This document shows positions 49,822 through 60,368 of a stretch of DNA of 64,000 bases, piece after piece. Below the pieces are notes generated by a model. The model saw only the letters and a list, made by a program, of their open reading frames with translations, did no database searches and was not told where the DNA came from. The DNA comes from Waterburya sp. Its GTDB lineage: Bacteria > Cyanobacteriota > Cyanobacteriia > Cyanobacteriales > Xenococcaceae. Position 1 is the first letter of the stretch. Every line of letters begins with the position of its first letter. Made by a program: the position numbers and the translations under genes. The stretch lies in NCBI GenBank assembly GCA_965217895.1, contig CBDCJV010000002.1, positions 3,232,001-3,296,000 of the forward strand. The letters run 5' to 3'.

Positions 49822-51549
49822 TTAATAATGATTCCCAACCTTGCGATGGTGAACGGCGGTTAAGACATCTAGCTTGGCGACTCTGCCAGCTTGTACATTG
49901 CTATAAACAATCCAGTGATCGCTGCATTCCAAGCGGTTACTTACTTCGCATTCAATATAAGCTAGAGATTCGGCAATAATCGGCGAACCATTGCTAGCAG
50001 GTACGGTTTTGATTTCTGCAAATCTATCTGCACCAGGGGGAAAACGTTTGAGAAAATGTCTAATTAGATGCTGATAATTTCCTTCTTCTAAAATATTTAA
50101 GACAAAGCGATCGCCAATCTGTAAGAAAGACTCAATTGCCCGATCTTTAGCAACCGCGATCGCAATTCCTAAAGGAGCTAAACTAGCTTGAGTTACCCAA
50201 CTGGCAACCATCGCGCTTCTGATCTCGCCTTTGGTAGCAGTGATGATATATAAGCCGTTGCTGATTCTGCCCAAAGCTTTTTCTAGAGTGTTGTCAATGG
50301 CTTTGATTTGTTTAGCGGTGCGATCGCGAGTTAGCCACTGTCCTAAATCTATACCCGCCTCATCGCAGACTTGATTAATAGCTTGATTGGGAGATTCTTT
50401 AACTAAAATTGGCGCAAAGGCTTCAGTTAGTCCAATCTCTTGAAATTTGTTACGCAAAGGATAAACAGGTTCATCTTCGCCACCGCCAGATTCAAATAAG
50501 CCAATTGATTGTTTGCCATGGGCTGCTGCTAAGATAGTACTCAAAATAGCATGAGCTTCTTTATCTGATTGGGCTGGCATACCGATGACTAAACCTGCGG
50601 CCCCAGAGACTAATTCTCTTACTTCTTGGGGTTCGGTATCGTTCCAGTTGACTAACTCTACCGCCACTCCTGTTTTGGTAATTCCACCAGCGATCGCTCT
50701 TGCCAGATCGTCACTGTAGCCATAATCTTCAGAGTAAACTAGCACGACTAAAGTTTCAGTTTTGGTTTGTGCTTGACTCCATTGCTGATAGCGATCGACT
50801 AATTCGATCTGATGGTATTTTAGTAAAGGTCCATGTCCTGTAGCGATTGTTTCTAGTTTCAGTTTTCCCATGCGTTTGATGGCTGCTAATACCGAACGAG
50901 CATTAGGTTTCATCAGACAGTCGTAGTAATATTCAAAGTCTGCCTCGATTAAGTCTAAATCTTCATCAAAAGTTGGTTCATCGCAATAGTGCATCCCAAA
51001 GGCATCGCAGGTATAGAGAATTTGTGTTTTATAATCGTAGGTAAAAATGGTATCGGGCCAATGTAAATTAGGCGCGGAGACAAATTCTAATTCATGTCCG
51101 TTGCCTAAATCCAGGCGATCGCCATTTTTGACAATTAGATGTTCAAAAGGTTGATGCACCATGTCGCTTAAGAACTTAATTGCCACTTTCGCACCGACTA
51201 CTGTAACCTGGGGTGCTAATTTCAAGATATCTTTAACTAAACCACTGTGATCGGGTTCAGTATGGCTGATAATTAAATAATCAAGTTGCGAAGGATCGAT
51301 AAAGCCTGTCAACAGATCTAAATAAAGCTGACGAAACTTGGCGTGAGACGTATCAACTAAAGCCAGTTTCTCCCCTTGAATCACAAAAGAATTATAGGTT
51401 GTACCGTTTCGTAAGCCAAATTCAATATCAAAGCGATCGCGATCCCAATCAAGACAACGTATGGCAACGGTTTCTGGGGCAATTTCGACGGTTTGTAAAG
51501 TTAGTCTAGCAGTATTGGTTGTTTGCTTATTGTTTGTTAATGCAACCAT
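49822..51549 (-). CDS. flv4: Flavodiiron protein Flv4
   Basis: Canonical HTEPDH, LHWPD, CDAFG; AIRCLDWDR, DEPVYPLRNKFQE and terminal GNHY fit Flv4 better than Flv3; operon order matches flv4-sll0218-flv2. Confidence 0.85.
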   Translation of the reverse strand: MVALTNNKQTTNTARLTLQTVEIAPETVAIRCLDWDRDRFDIEFGLRNGTTYNSFVIQGEKLALVDTSHAKFRQLYLDLLTGFIDPSQLDYLIISHTEPDHSGLVKDILKLAPQVTVVGAKVAIKFLSDMVHQPFEHLIVKNGDRLDLGNGHELEFVSAPNLHWPDTIFTYDYKTQILYTCDAFGMHYCDEPTFDEDLDLIEADFEYYYDCLMKPNARSVLAAIKRMGKLKLETIATGHGPLLKYHQIELVDRYQQWSQAQTKTETLVVLVYSEDYGYSDDLARAIAGGITKTGVAVELVNWNDTEPQEVRELVSGAAGLVIGMPAQSDKEAHAILSTILAAAHGKQSIGLFESGGGEDEPVYPLRNKFQEIGLTEAFAPILVKESPNQAINQVCDEAGIDLGQWLTRDRTAKQIKAIDNTLEKALGRISNGLYIITATKGEIRSAMVASWVTQASLAPLGIAIAVAKDRAIESFLQIGDRFVLNILEEGNYQHLIRHFLKRFPPGADRFAEIKTVPASNGSPIIAESLAYIECEVSNRLECSDHWIVYSNVQAGRVAKLDVLTAVHHRKVGNHY

Positions 51550-51654
51550 AAGTCAGTTACTCCTGAATTTCAGTACTTCAAATTTTCTGGGGTAAATTTC
51601 AGTTCAATACCACTGTGGTATATCGAAGGTGACAGAATTTTTTACTCACTATCT

Positions 51655-51671
51655 ATTAGCTGTTATCTAAT
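51655..51671. promoter_or_regulatory. Putative LysR-type (NdhR/CmpR-like) binding site upstream of flv4
   Basis: Inverted repeat ATTAG-N7-CTAAT containing T-N11-A. Confidence 0.45.
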
Positions 51672-52251
51672 TAATGTAATACAGTTTACTAAAACAAAAA
51701 ATGCTTTTTTCTTTCTTTCTTTATATTTACGTGCAATTTACTTATTTGTAAAATACTTATTTTTAAATGCACTGATTAGCAAGACTTATAGTAATAAATC
51801 AAAGTATTTTAAAGAGTAGGTAGATATAAAAAATATCGTTTTGTTATAGACAAATATTAATGGTATTTATAATAATTAAACTATAATTAGATTTCTTTGA
51901 AAAGCCAGAGATAATAAAAACACTATACAAATTGAGTCAAATAATATAAAAATCCTTTTTTTCTCATTAATTTTGTCTATTTTTCTCTGGACATTAATAG
52001 TTTAGTTAGCAAATTTAAATTTTTATTAAGTCAAATCAATCTTAATAATTGAGAATTCTGAAATATTTCATAAATTAAACTAGAGAATAAAAAAATTAAA
52101 AGTTTAGGCTAGTTGCACTATTCATTTTTCTCAATTTAAACCATTCATTCAAGTATCTAAATCTTGCTAATAAGAAAATATTGAGAGTCAAATTAACAAT
52201 TTTTATAATACCAATTACTCATTTTTGAAGTTTTTAGTGTATTATTCTCCA

Positions 52252-52267
52252 ATAGACATAAATCAAT
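52252..52267. promoter_or_regulatory. Putative LysR-type site upstream of cmpA
   Basis: ATAG-N8-CAAT, one mismatch from the NdhR/CcmR consensus ATAG-N8-CTAT. Confidence 0.35.
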
Positions 52268-52402
52268 GATCTTTATTTTTCGATTTAGTCAAATCTATGA
52301 AGGTTGCCAGGAGTTATTCATAACTTTGGTTCTTCTTATACCAATTCAACTTTACTTAAATGACAGCCAAAGAGTATATAAATTTAGCTGTCAGGAGATT
52401 TT

Positions 52403-53752
52403 ATGAATCAGTTTTCTAGAAGAAAATTCTTATATACGGCTGGGGTATCTGCTGCCAGTGCGGTATTACTCAATGCTTGTCTGGGCAATCCTGACGAACC
52501 TGGAGGTGAAACAGCTACAGAACAAGCTAAACCAGTCGATCTTAGTCCTGAAATGACCCCTGAAACTACTAAAGTTGTTTTAGGTTATATTCCGATCCTC
52601 GAATCTACGGCTTTAATTATTGCTCAGGAAAAAGGCTTTTTTGCCAAACATGGCATGACCGAGGTAGAAGTATCAAAACAGGCAAGCTGGGCATCAGCCA
52701 GGGATAACGTCATCATTGGTTCTGAAGGTGGTGGTATTGATGGGGGTCAATGGCAAATGCCCATGCCTCATTTAATTAGTGAGGGGATTATTACCAATGG
52801 TAATAAACTGCCGATGTATTTATTGGCGCAGCTAAGTACTCAAGGAAATGGGATTGCGACCTCTGGTAAAAACCAAGGTAAGGGACTGGGTTTAGATATA
52901 TCTAGTGCAGCGGACTATGTTAAGGGTTATACCAAAAGCGAAGGCAGAAAATTTAAAGCGGCACATACTTTCCCTCAAGTTAACCAAGACTTTTGGATTC
53001 GTTATTGGTTTGCTGCTGGTGGTGTTGACCCAGACAAAGATATCGATCTTTTGGCAGTACCGTCGGCGGAAACAGTACAGGGGATGCGGAACGGCACGAT
53101 GGATGCCTTTAGTACGGGCGACCCTTGGCCCTATCGCATCGTCACTGACGATATTGGTTTTATGTCAGCTTTAACCGCCCAGATCTGGCAATTTCACCCC
53201 GAAGAATACTTAGCAATTCGGGCAGATTGGGTCGATAAAAATCCCAAAGCAACTAAGGCTATCTTAAAAGGCGTGATGGAGGCACAACAATGGATCGATG
53301 ATCCTGCCAATATTGAGGCGGTAGTGGCGATTGTGTCGGGTAGAAACTACTTAAATGTTCCTCCCGATATTATCCGACCTCCCTATCAAGGCAATTACAA
53401 AATGGGCGATGGTCAGCCTGAAATCAAAGATAAAATGATGGGTCCGTTGTTTTGGAAAGATGGAATTGGCAGCGTTTCCTATCCTTACAAGAGTCACGAT
53501 CTTTGGTTCTTAACCGAAGGCATTCGTTGGGGTTTCCACAAAGGCAAAATCGACGATATTGATACAGCTAAACAGATTATCGATCGCGTCAATCGCGAAG
53601 ATATCTGGAAAGAAGCTGCTACAGAAGCAGGATTTACTGCGGATATTCCTCAAAGCACCTCTAGAGGGATCGAAACATTCTTTGATGGTAAAAAGTTTGA
53701 CCCCGAAAATCCCGAAGCTTATCTAAATAGCCTAGACATCAAAAAAGTGTAG
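52403..53752 (+). CDS. cmpA: Bicarbonate ABC transporter substrate-binding lipoprotein
   Basis: SRRKFL signal, lipobox then [37 protein letters not shown]: CmpA rather than NrtA residues. Confidence 0.92.
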   Translation: MNQFSRRKFLYTAGVSAASAVLLNACLGNPDEPGGETATEQAKPVDLSPEMTPETTKVVLGYIPILESTALIIAQEKGFFAKHGMTEVEVSKQASWASARDNVIIGSEGGGIDGGQWQMPMPHLISEGIITNGNKLPMYLLAQLSTQGNGIATSGKNQGKGLGLDISSAADYVKGYTKSEGRKFKAAHTFPQVNQDFWIRYWFAAGGVDPDKDIDLLAVPSAETVQGMRNGTMDAFSTGDPWPYRIVTDDIGFMSALTAQIWQFHPEEYLAIRADWVDKNPKATKAILKGVMEAQQWIDDPANIEAVVAIVSGRNYLNVPPDIIRPPYQGNYKMGDGQPEIKDKMMGPLFWKDGIGSVSYPYKSHDLWFLTEGIRWGFHKGKIDDIDTAKQIIDRVNREDIWKEAATEAGFTADIPQSTSRGIETFFDGKKFDPENPEAYLNSLDIKKV

Positions 53753-53754
53753 TA

Positions 53755-53782
53755 GTAGGGGCGAACCGCCGTTCGCCCCCAC
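53755..53782. repeat. REP hairpin
   Basis: GTAGGGGCGAACCGCCGTTCGCCCCCAC just after the cmpA stop. Confidence 0.85.
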
Positions 53783-53816
53783 AGTAATTAGTCATTAATC
53801 AAAGGAGTAAAAAATT

Positions 53817-54668
53817 ATGACGGCAAGTACAACCAATGTGCGTAAAAAAAGCACGAAAAACAGTAATGCGCTCGCTACATGGTGGCAGAAAAACAAAGGT
53901 AATATTTTGCCCCCCGTAATCGGCATTCTAGGTTTTCTAATTCTCTGGGAAATCGTTTCTACCCTACCTGGAATGAGATTACCAGGTCCTAGCAGCTTGT
54001 GGACAGATGAAAGAACCAGAACCCTATTAATGTATCCGTTTTATGATCGCGGTGGCTTAGATAAAGGTTTATTTTGGCAGACTCTAGCTAGTCTAGCTAG
54101 AGTGGCACAAGGCTATTTCTTAGCAGCCATTGTCGGTATTGGCGTTGGCATCTTAGTTGGCACAACACCAATTGTTAATAAAGCCCTAGACCCCTTGTTT
54201 CAGTTCTTGCGAATGGTTGCACCCTTAGCCTGGGTTCCCATTGCCTTAGTGGCATTGCAAAAAAACCAACCTGCGGCGATATTCGTAATTTTTATTACTG
54301 CTGTTTGGCCAATTCTAATCAATACGGCTGAAGGAGTACGCCAGATTCCTGATGACTACAATAACGTAGCTAAAGTATTGCAACTATCGCGTAAAGAATA
54401 TTACCTAAATATTCTCTTCCCGTCGGCATTACCATATATCTTTACAGGTTTAAGAATTGCGATCGGTTTAGCGTGGCTGGCAATTATCGCAGCAGAAATT
54501 GTTATGTCGGGTATTGTCGGCATTGGCTTTTTTATCTGGGATGCCTATCAACAAAACTATGTCAGCGAAATCATCTTAGCCGTAATCTATATTGGTGCGG
54601 TCGGTTTAATACTTGATCGCGCTATTGCATACTTGCAGAAATTGATTTTACCTCCAGAACAACAGTAA
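53817..54668 (+). CDS. cmpB: Bicarbonate ABC transporter permease
   Basis: GGLDKGLFWQ, PLAWVPI, GLRIAIGLAWLAIIAAE. Confidence 0.9.
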   Translation: MTASTTNVRKKSTKNSNALATWWQKNKGNILPPVIGILGFLILWEIVSTLPGMRLPGPSSLWTDERTRTLLMYPFYDRGGLDKGLFWQTLASLARVAQGYFLAAIVGIGVGILVGTTPIVNKALDPLFQFLRMVAPLAWVPIALVALQKNQPAAIFVIFITAVWPILINTAEGVRQIPDDYNNVAKVLQLSRKEYYLNILFPSALPYIFTGLRIAIGLAWLAIIAAEIVMSGIVGIGFFIWDAYQQNYVSEIILAVIYIGAVGLILDRAIAYLQKLILPPEQQ

Positions 54669-54787
54669 TTATGAAGTCAGAAGTTAGAAGTCAGAAGTTG
54701 TATACATGGTCTATTAACAACTTGCTACTTGCTACTTACGAACAATTAACTAATCCTGTCCTAACTAACTAATATACTGTGATAATC

Positions 54788-56788
54788 ATGTCTGTATTTG
54801 TTGCTGTCGAACAAGTTGAAAAAACCTTCTCGTTAAATGATGGGGGTGAATATCTCGCCCTCAAAGGAATCGATTTAGAGATCAAAAAAGGCGAATTTGT
54901 CTCCTTAATCGGTCACTCTGGCTGTGGAAAATCCACTTTGCTAAATGCGATCGCCGGTTTGTCTTTACCGACTAAAGGTTTAATTACCTTAGAAGGTCAA
55001 AGAATTAAGCAGCCAGGGCCTGAAAGAATGGTCGTGTTTCAAAACTATTCTCTTCTTCCCTGGCGCACAGTCAGAGAAAATATTGCTCTAGCGGTCAATT
55101 CAGCAATGGGCGATCTGCCTAAAGGAGAACGTAAAAGTATTATTGAAGAACATATCGATCTAGTTGGGTTACGTCCCCATGCGGAGAAACAGCCTGCAAC
55201 CTTATCTGGGGGACAAAAGCAGCGGGTGGCGATCGCTCGTGCTTTAGCCATACGTCCTAAGTTACTGTTATTAGATGAGCCTTTTGGGGCGTTAGATGCC
55301 CTAACGCGGGGGAATTTACAAACTCAACTAATGCGGATTTGTGATGAAAACCAAGTGACGGCTGTAATGGTAACTCACGATGTCGATGAAGCTGTATTGT
55401 TGAGCGATCGCATTGTCATGTTAACTAATGGCCCTGGGGCAGAGATCGGTCAAATTCTCGATGTGGATATTCCCCGTCCCCGCAAGCGCATGGAAGTTGT
55501 GGAACATCCTAGCTACTATAGTCTGCGTAGCGAAATTATTTACTTTCTCAATCAGCAGAAACGACTGAAAAAAATTAAGGCGAAAAAAGTTAGCGCGATC
55601 GCTCGTCATGGTTTAGAGAAAGTTAACTTAGACATTGGCTTTGTTCCCCTTACAGCCTGTGCGCCCTTGGCAGTAGCCAAGGAAAAAGGTTTCTTTACCA
55701 AACATGGTTTAGATGAAGTAAATCTAGTCAGGGAAACCAGTTGGCGGGGCATCGTCGATGGCATGGCTGGAGGCTATGTCGATGCAGCCCAAATGCCTTC
55801 GGGAATGCCTTTGTGGTTAACTTTAGGGGGTCATCGAGATCGACCTGTTTCGGTAGTCAGTGGTTTAACCATGACTCGCAACGGTAACGCGATCACTCTC
55901 GATCGCCGCTTTTATGACCAAGGAGTCAGAACTTTAGCCGACCTCAAAAAGTATATTCTCAGCACGAGAGATAAACGCCACATCTTTGGAGTAGTTCATC
56001 CTTCATCTATGCACAATCTAATTCTGCGCTATTGGTTAGCAGCAGGAGATATCGACCCCGATCTCGATGTGGATCTGCAAAACATTCCTCCCGCTCAGAT
56101 GATGGTAGATCTGCAAAACGCCACGATCGACGGTTACTGCGTGGGCGAACCCTGGAACTATCGCGCGGCAGCAGAAGGAGTTGGCTTTACCGTTGCCACA
56201 GATCTTGAAATTTGGAACGGACATCCTGGCAAAGTTTTGGGAGTTAGAGAAGATTGGGCAAACGCCTATCCTAATACCCACGTTGCCTTAGTTAAAGCCT
56301 TGCTAGAAGCTTGTCATTACTGTGCCGATGAAAATAATGCCTTAGAAATCGAGCAGATATTATCCCAACGCCAGTATGTAGGAACTTCTACCGAATACCT
56401 CCATCTTGGTAATCCCAACGCCGATACCTGCAACCCCAATTTGCCGATGCGGGAATATGCCCATCATCTATTTTATGGTGCGGGAGTCAATCGCCCCAGT
56501 CGTACCGAACACCTATGGCACATGACTCAGTTAGCCAGATGGGGACATACGCCTTTTCCTCGTAATTGGCTAGAACTACTAGAAAGAGTCTGTCGCGTCA
56601 CCGTTTTTAGCACCGCAGCTAGAGAAATTGGTTTGCTAGATACGAAATACAACCGCGGTAATATCAAACTTTTTGATGGCACGACCTTCGACGCTGACGA
56701 TCCTATTGATTATCTCAATAATCTCAAAATCAAACGAGACTTTAGCATTGCCGAAATTATCCTCGATCCTCATTCTCGTGCTGCTTGA
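54788..56788 (+). CDS. cmpC: Bicarbonate ABC transporter ATPase with C-terminal substrate-binding-like domain
   Basis: GHSGCGKS, LSGGQ, LLLDEPF; C-terminal NrtA/CmpA-like domain; ATG at 54788. Confidence 0.9.
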   Translation: MSVFVAVEQVEKTFSLNDGGEYLALKGIDLEIKKGEFVSLIGHSGCGKSTLLNAIAGLSLPTKGLITLEGQRIKQPGPERMVVFQNYSLLPWRTVRENIALAVNSAMGDLPKGERKSIIEEHIDLVGLRPHAEKQPATLSGGQKQRVAIARALAIRPKLLLLDEPFGALDALTRGNLQTQLMRICDENQVTAVMVTHDVDEAVLLSDRIVMLTNGPGAEIGQILDVDIPRPRKRMEVVEHPSYYSLRSEIIYFLNQQKRLKKIKAKKVSAIARHGLEKVNLDIGFVPLTACAPLAVAKEKGFFTKHGLDEVNLVRETSWRGIVDGMAGGYVDAAQMPSGMPLWLTLGGHRDRPVSVVSGLTMTRNGNAITLDRRFYDQGVRTLADLKKYILSTRDKRHIFGVVHPSSMHNLILRYWLAAGDIDPDLDVDLQNIPPAQMMVDLQNATIDGYCVGEPWNYRAAAEGVGFTVATDLEIWNGHPGKVLGVREDWANAYPNTHVALVKALLEACHYCADENNALEIEQILSQRQYVGTSTEYLHLGNPNADTCNPNLPMREYAHHLFYGAGVNRPSRTEHLWHMTQLARWGHTPFPRNWLELLERVCRVTVFSTAAREIGLLDTKYNRGNIKLFDGTTFDADDPIDYLNNLKIKRDFSIAEIILDPHSRAA

Positions 56789-56820
56789 CCCACCAAATAG
56801 TTGCTATCCGCTAATAACTA

Positions 56821-56883
56821 GGTGGGCAAATCTAGCAACTAAAACCAAATGACTTCGCCAAAAGATAATTTTGCCCACCCTAC
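56821..56883. repeat. REP-like dispersed repeat
   Basis: GGTGGGCAAA...TTTGCCCACCCTAC between cmpC and cmpD. Confidence 0.82.
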
Positions 56884-56907
56884 CCGAACAATCATCCAAT
56901 AAAACTT

Positions 56908-57747
56908 ATGAATAGATTAGATATAATCTCCAACCAACCCCTTAAAACTTCCCGTCAAGAATTGCCATTTTTATTAATCGAAAATGTGACCAAATCTTAT
57001 CCTACTCGCAACGGCGATTATACTGTACTCCAGGATGTAAACTTAGCGGTAGAACAGGGTGAATTTATCTGCGTCATCGGACACTCTGGCTGTGGCAAAT
57101 CTACTTTACTAAGTATGGTTTCTGGCTTTAATAGCCCGACATCAGGCAGAGTAATTCTAGAAAACCAGCCGATTACCAAACCAGGACCCGATCGCATGGT
57201 AGTATTTCAAAACTATGCTCTTTTACCTTGGCGCAGCGTATTTGATAATGTTTACCTAGCTGTAGATGCAGTTTACCCCAAAAAACCCCAGGTAGAAAAA
57301 AGAGCGATCGTCCGCGATCATCTAGCCCTAGTGGGACTAACTGAAGCAGCCGACAAAAAACCGACTCAAATTTCTGGCGGAATGAAACAAAGAGTTTCCA
57401 TCGCCCGTGCTTTGGCAATTCGTCCCCGTATGTTGATTTTAGATGAACCTTTTGGGGCGTTAGATGCCATTACCAAAGAAGAATTACAAGAAGAACTACT
57501 AAACATCTGGAACGATCATCGCTGCACAGTGTTAATGATTACCCACGATATCGATGAAGCGTTATTTCTGGCTGATCGCTTGGTAATGATGACCAATGGC
57601 CCTAGTGCTAAGATTGGTGAAGTATTGGATATTCCCTTTGAGCGTCCCCGCGATCGCACTCAGATTATGGAAGATCCTCTTTATTATAATCTCCGCAATC
57701 GGGCATTAGAATTTCTGTTTGAGCGTTTTGCCCATGACGAGGATTAA
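56908..57747 (+). CDS. cmpD: Bicarbonate ABC transporter ATPase
   Basis: GHSGCGKS, ISGGM, LILDEPF. Confidence 0.9.
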   Translation: MNRLDIISNQPLKTSRQELPFLLIENVTKSYPTRNGDYTVLQDVNLAVEQGEFICVIGHSGCGKSTLLSMVSGFNSPTSGRVILENQPITKPGPDRMVVFQNYALLPWRSVFDNVYLAVDAVYPKKPQVEKRAIVRDHLALVGLTEAADKKPTQISGGMKQRVSIARALAIRPRMLILDEPFGALDAITKEELQEELLNIWNDHRCTVLMITHDIDEALFLADRLVMMTNGPSAKIGEVLDIPFERPRDRTQIMEDPLYYNLRNRALEFLFERFAHDED

Positions 57748-57784
57748 TGTATGTTTATAGAAGATGAATCTGAAAATTATGTCA

Positions 57785-57948
57785 GGAGTGCGATCTCATT
57801 TATTGTTGTAAAGTATTTCTGCTACTTCTCTCAACTTTTGGTCAATAGTTGACTGCTCTTCTGGTGTCATGCTTTGTTTAAAAGAGTTTTTTCCTGATCT
57901 TATTCTAGTCTAAGTATTTTTACTTACTGTAAAAGTGGGATGCTCCCC
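57785..57948 (-). mobile_element. Internally deleted ISKra4-like element
   Basis: Ends GGGAGCATCCCACTTT (minus, from 57947) and GGAGTGCGATCTCATTT (plus, from 57785); internal ORF 57870-57796 MTPEEQSTIDQKLREVAEILYNNK* resembles cyanobacterial ISKra4 transposase N-termini. Confidence 0.7.
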
Positions 57949-58191
57949 GACGCACCTTTATCCAATGTTAATTTTTTTATGATTTTTAAATTTGGTGACG
58001 TTAGTAAACTTTGTTTGTTGTTAGTTATCAAATAAAAACTATTAGCAAAGATAAAAACTTAATTTTGCTCATTCATCAATACTTCTTTGGTTGTAGGTAT
58101 CAACATCAAGGTATTATAACCAAAGAATGATGGTTGCTAATTTTTTATTGGCTTTAATGATATTTAAGAAGTTAATTTTTGAGTATTGATT

Positions 58192-58491
58192 ATGGCTTAT
58201 CAACAATTAGAAGATTTACCTAGTGAAGTAACAGAAAAACTGCCCAAACATGGACAGCAACTATTTATGGCTGCATTCAACGCTGTTTCTGATAATGGTA
58301 TGAATGAAGAAAACGCTACTAAAGTTGCTTGGGACTCAGTTAAAAACAGCTATCAACAAGACAAAGAAGGTAATTGGGTATCAGTAGAAAATTCTAATAC
58401 CGATCGCGGTAACATTATCGGTACAGATAAAGATACTAGCGACCCCATTGGCAATCGCGAAAATAATGCAGGTACTATGCGCGGTGGTTAA
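58192..58491 (+). CDS. ChaB family protein
   Basis: MAYQQLEDLP..LPKHGQQLFMAAFN, VAWDSVKNSY..GNW. Confidence 0.88.
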   Translation: MAYQQLEDLPSEVTEKLPKHGQQLFMAAFNAVSDNGMNEENATKVAWDSVKNSYQQDKEGNWVSVENSNTDRGNIIGTDKDTSDPIGNRENNAGTMRGG

Positions 58492-58584
58492 GTTATCTAA
58501 TCATCAACTGTTAGCCTGAAGAATAAAAAAAGTTAACTTGCTAAATTGCAAAATGAACAGAGTATAGATTTTTGTTAAGCAATC

Positions 58585-58609
58585 AAAGCGATCGCACGAT
58601 CGCTTTTTT
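58585..58609 (+). terminator. Probable intrinsic terminator built from HIP1 sequence
   Basis: AAAGCGATC-GCAC-GATCGCTTT followed by a T run, downstream of chaB. Confidence 0.55.
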
Positions 58610-58725
58610 GATTTATGCTAATTATTATGCTCAAATGAAAGTTAGTATTGCCGATAAACAATTACAAATTGTCAAAGCCAATCTAAAAAACGAACACCTA
58701 AAACAATGATCTGGCTAACTATTTT

Positions 58726-59241
58726 ATGGTTAATTTTAGTTCATCTACCGTTTCTGCTGCTGCCCAAGATAGTTTTTCCATTACCATCGCCCCTTTATCT
58801 TTAGATGAAACCTACAGCTTGGCAGATGATGCGGCTAATGGTGCAATAGTAGTTATGAGTGGAACAGTGCGTAATCAAACCGAAGGGATGCCTGTAGAAT
58901 ATCTAGAATATCAGGCTTATCAGCCAATGGCGATCGCCGTTTTCAACTCTATTGCTGCCGAGATACGCCAGAAATGGCAAGATGTTAACCGAATTGTCAT
59001 CCATCACCGCGTAGGAAAGCTAAAAATAGGCGAAATCAGCGTGATCGTTGCTGTAGGCTGTCCCCATCGCGCAGAAGCTTTTGATGCTTGTCGTTATGCG
59101 ATCGATACTTTGAAACACAATGCCCCTATTTGGAAGAAAGAGTATAATATTGTGCTAAACGAAAAAACAGGTAAGAAGATAGTTTCAGGTTCTTGGGTTT
59201 CTATTGGCGCGTGTGAACAAGATGACAACAACAATTGTTGA
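58726..59241 (+). CDS. moaE: Molybdopterin synthase catalytic subunit
   Basis: GTVRN, LEYQAY, HRVG, PHRAEAF, LKHNAPIWKKE. Confidence 0.95.
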   Translation: MVNFSSSTVSAAAQDSFSITIAPLSLDETYSLADDAANGAIVVMSGTVRNQTEGMPVEYLEYQAYQPMAIAVFNSIAAEIRQKWQDVNRIVIHHRVGKLKIGEISVIVAVGCPHRAEAFDACRYAIDTLKHNAPIWKKEYNIVLNEKTGKKIVSGSWVSIGACEQDDNNNC

Positions 59242-59328
59242 TATTGAACAAATTAAGAATACACAAAAAAAACCTGCCATATAAGAATCTAACCCAGCCA
59301 ACGCTGAATTGGTGGAGAAACAGTATAG

Positions 59329-60330
59329 TTAGCCATTATTTATCTTAGTGCCGACAGCCAAACGCATTCCATTGACAAAATCCCAACCAGATTGAGAGCG
59401 TTTCCCTGCAAGCTGTACCTGTTCTAAAAGTAATAAGCCTAAACCTGTCTGCACAATTGCACCAAAGTTTTTGATATTTTTGATTATTTCTCCTGGTTCA
59501 CCTGAAAGCGAGGCTAATTCTGAATATTGTTGTTTGATGCTAGTGTATTTTTCTGGTAAGTCTTGGATAGTAGCCTCAGTAAGCGGAACTGTCGCAATTA
59601 TTTTTAGTTTTTTATCCTGCAATGTAGCAGCACAATTAGGGAAAAAGCCTCGCGCTTGATTGTGTATTTCCACTGCACCTTTTGACCAATCAATTGCAAA
59701 ATCAGCTTTGTCAATTAGTCGTGCATAGCTAGCTAGGCTATTGTCTTGGATAGTGGGTGAAATCTGCTGTTGTTCTAGTTTAAACAGAGTATCTAATAAT
59801 AGATCTGCTCCTTGAGTAGCCAGAGTAGCAGCTAAATCATAGGCATTATCTAAGAGTTTGATTTTGGTTTCGGCTTTGAGTAGCATATCTCCCGTATCCA
59901 TACCTTTGTCCATTAACATAGTAGTGATGCCTGTAAGGCGATCGCCATTGACAATACTCCACTGAATCGGCGCAGCACCGCGATATTTGGGTAATAGAGA
60001 ACCATGAACGTTGATACAGCCCAACTTGGGCATTTCTAAAATTTCCGAGGATAGAATCTGTCCATAAGCTACGACTACAAAAGCATCTGCTTGAGTATTT
60101 CTGAGATTGTTTAAAGTTTCTTTGTCTTTTTTAATTCTCTGGGGTTGCCAAATAGCTAAATCATGTCCCAGAGCAAACTTCTTAACCGCCGAAGGAATAG
60201 TTTTGCTGCCCCTACCTCTTCTTTTATCAGGTTGCGTCACCACCGCTACAACTTCAATCTCATGGTGTTCTAAGAGTTTGGCTAAAGTAGTAACGGCAAA
60301 TTGAGGAGTACCAAAAAAGACGATTTTCAT
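59329..60330 (-). CDS. fmt: Methionyl-tRNA formyltransferase
   Basis: [34 protein letters not shown]. Confidence 0.97.
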   Translation of the reverse strand: MKIVFFGTPQFAVTTLAKLLEHHEIEVVAVVTQPDKRRGRGSKTIPSAVKKFALGHDLAIWQPQRIKKDKETLNNLRNTQADAFVVVAYGQILSSEILEMPKLGCINVHGSLLPKYRGAAPIQWSIVNGDRLTGITTMLMDKGMDTGDMLLKAETKIKLLDNAYDLAATLATQGADLLLDTLFKLEQQQISPTIQDNSLASYARLIDKADFAIDWSKGAVEIHNQARGFFPNCAATLQDKKLKIIATVPLTEATIQDLPEKYTSIKQQYSELASLSGEPGEIIKNIKNFGAIVQTGLGLLLLEQVQLAGKRSQSGWDFVNGMRLAVGTKINNG

Positions 60331-60340
60331 ACTAATTATT

Positions 60341-60368
60341 GTACGGGCGAACGACCGTTCGCTTCTAA
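60341..60368. repeat. Degenerate REP hairpin
   Basis: GTACGGGCGAACGACCGTTCGC between nblS and fmt. Confidence 0.7.

Noticed and set aside
47400..51549. flv1/flv3 assignment
   Set aside because: The intervening PsiE-like gene and Flv4-type residues indicate flv4-sll0218-flv2
52403..57747. nrtABCD nitrate transporter
   Set aside because: Binding-protein residues match CmpA, and there is no nirA or narB in the neighbourhood
59288..59315. attC remnant after moaE (ATCTAAC...CGCTGA)
   Set aside because: No matching L' or R' boxes and no stem
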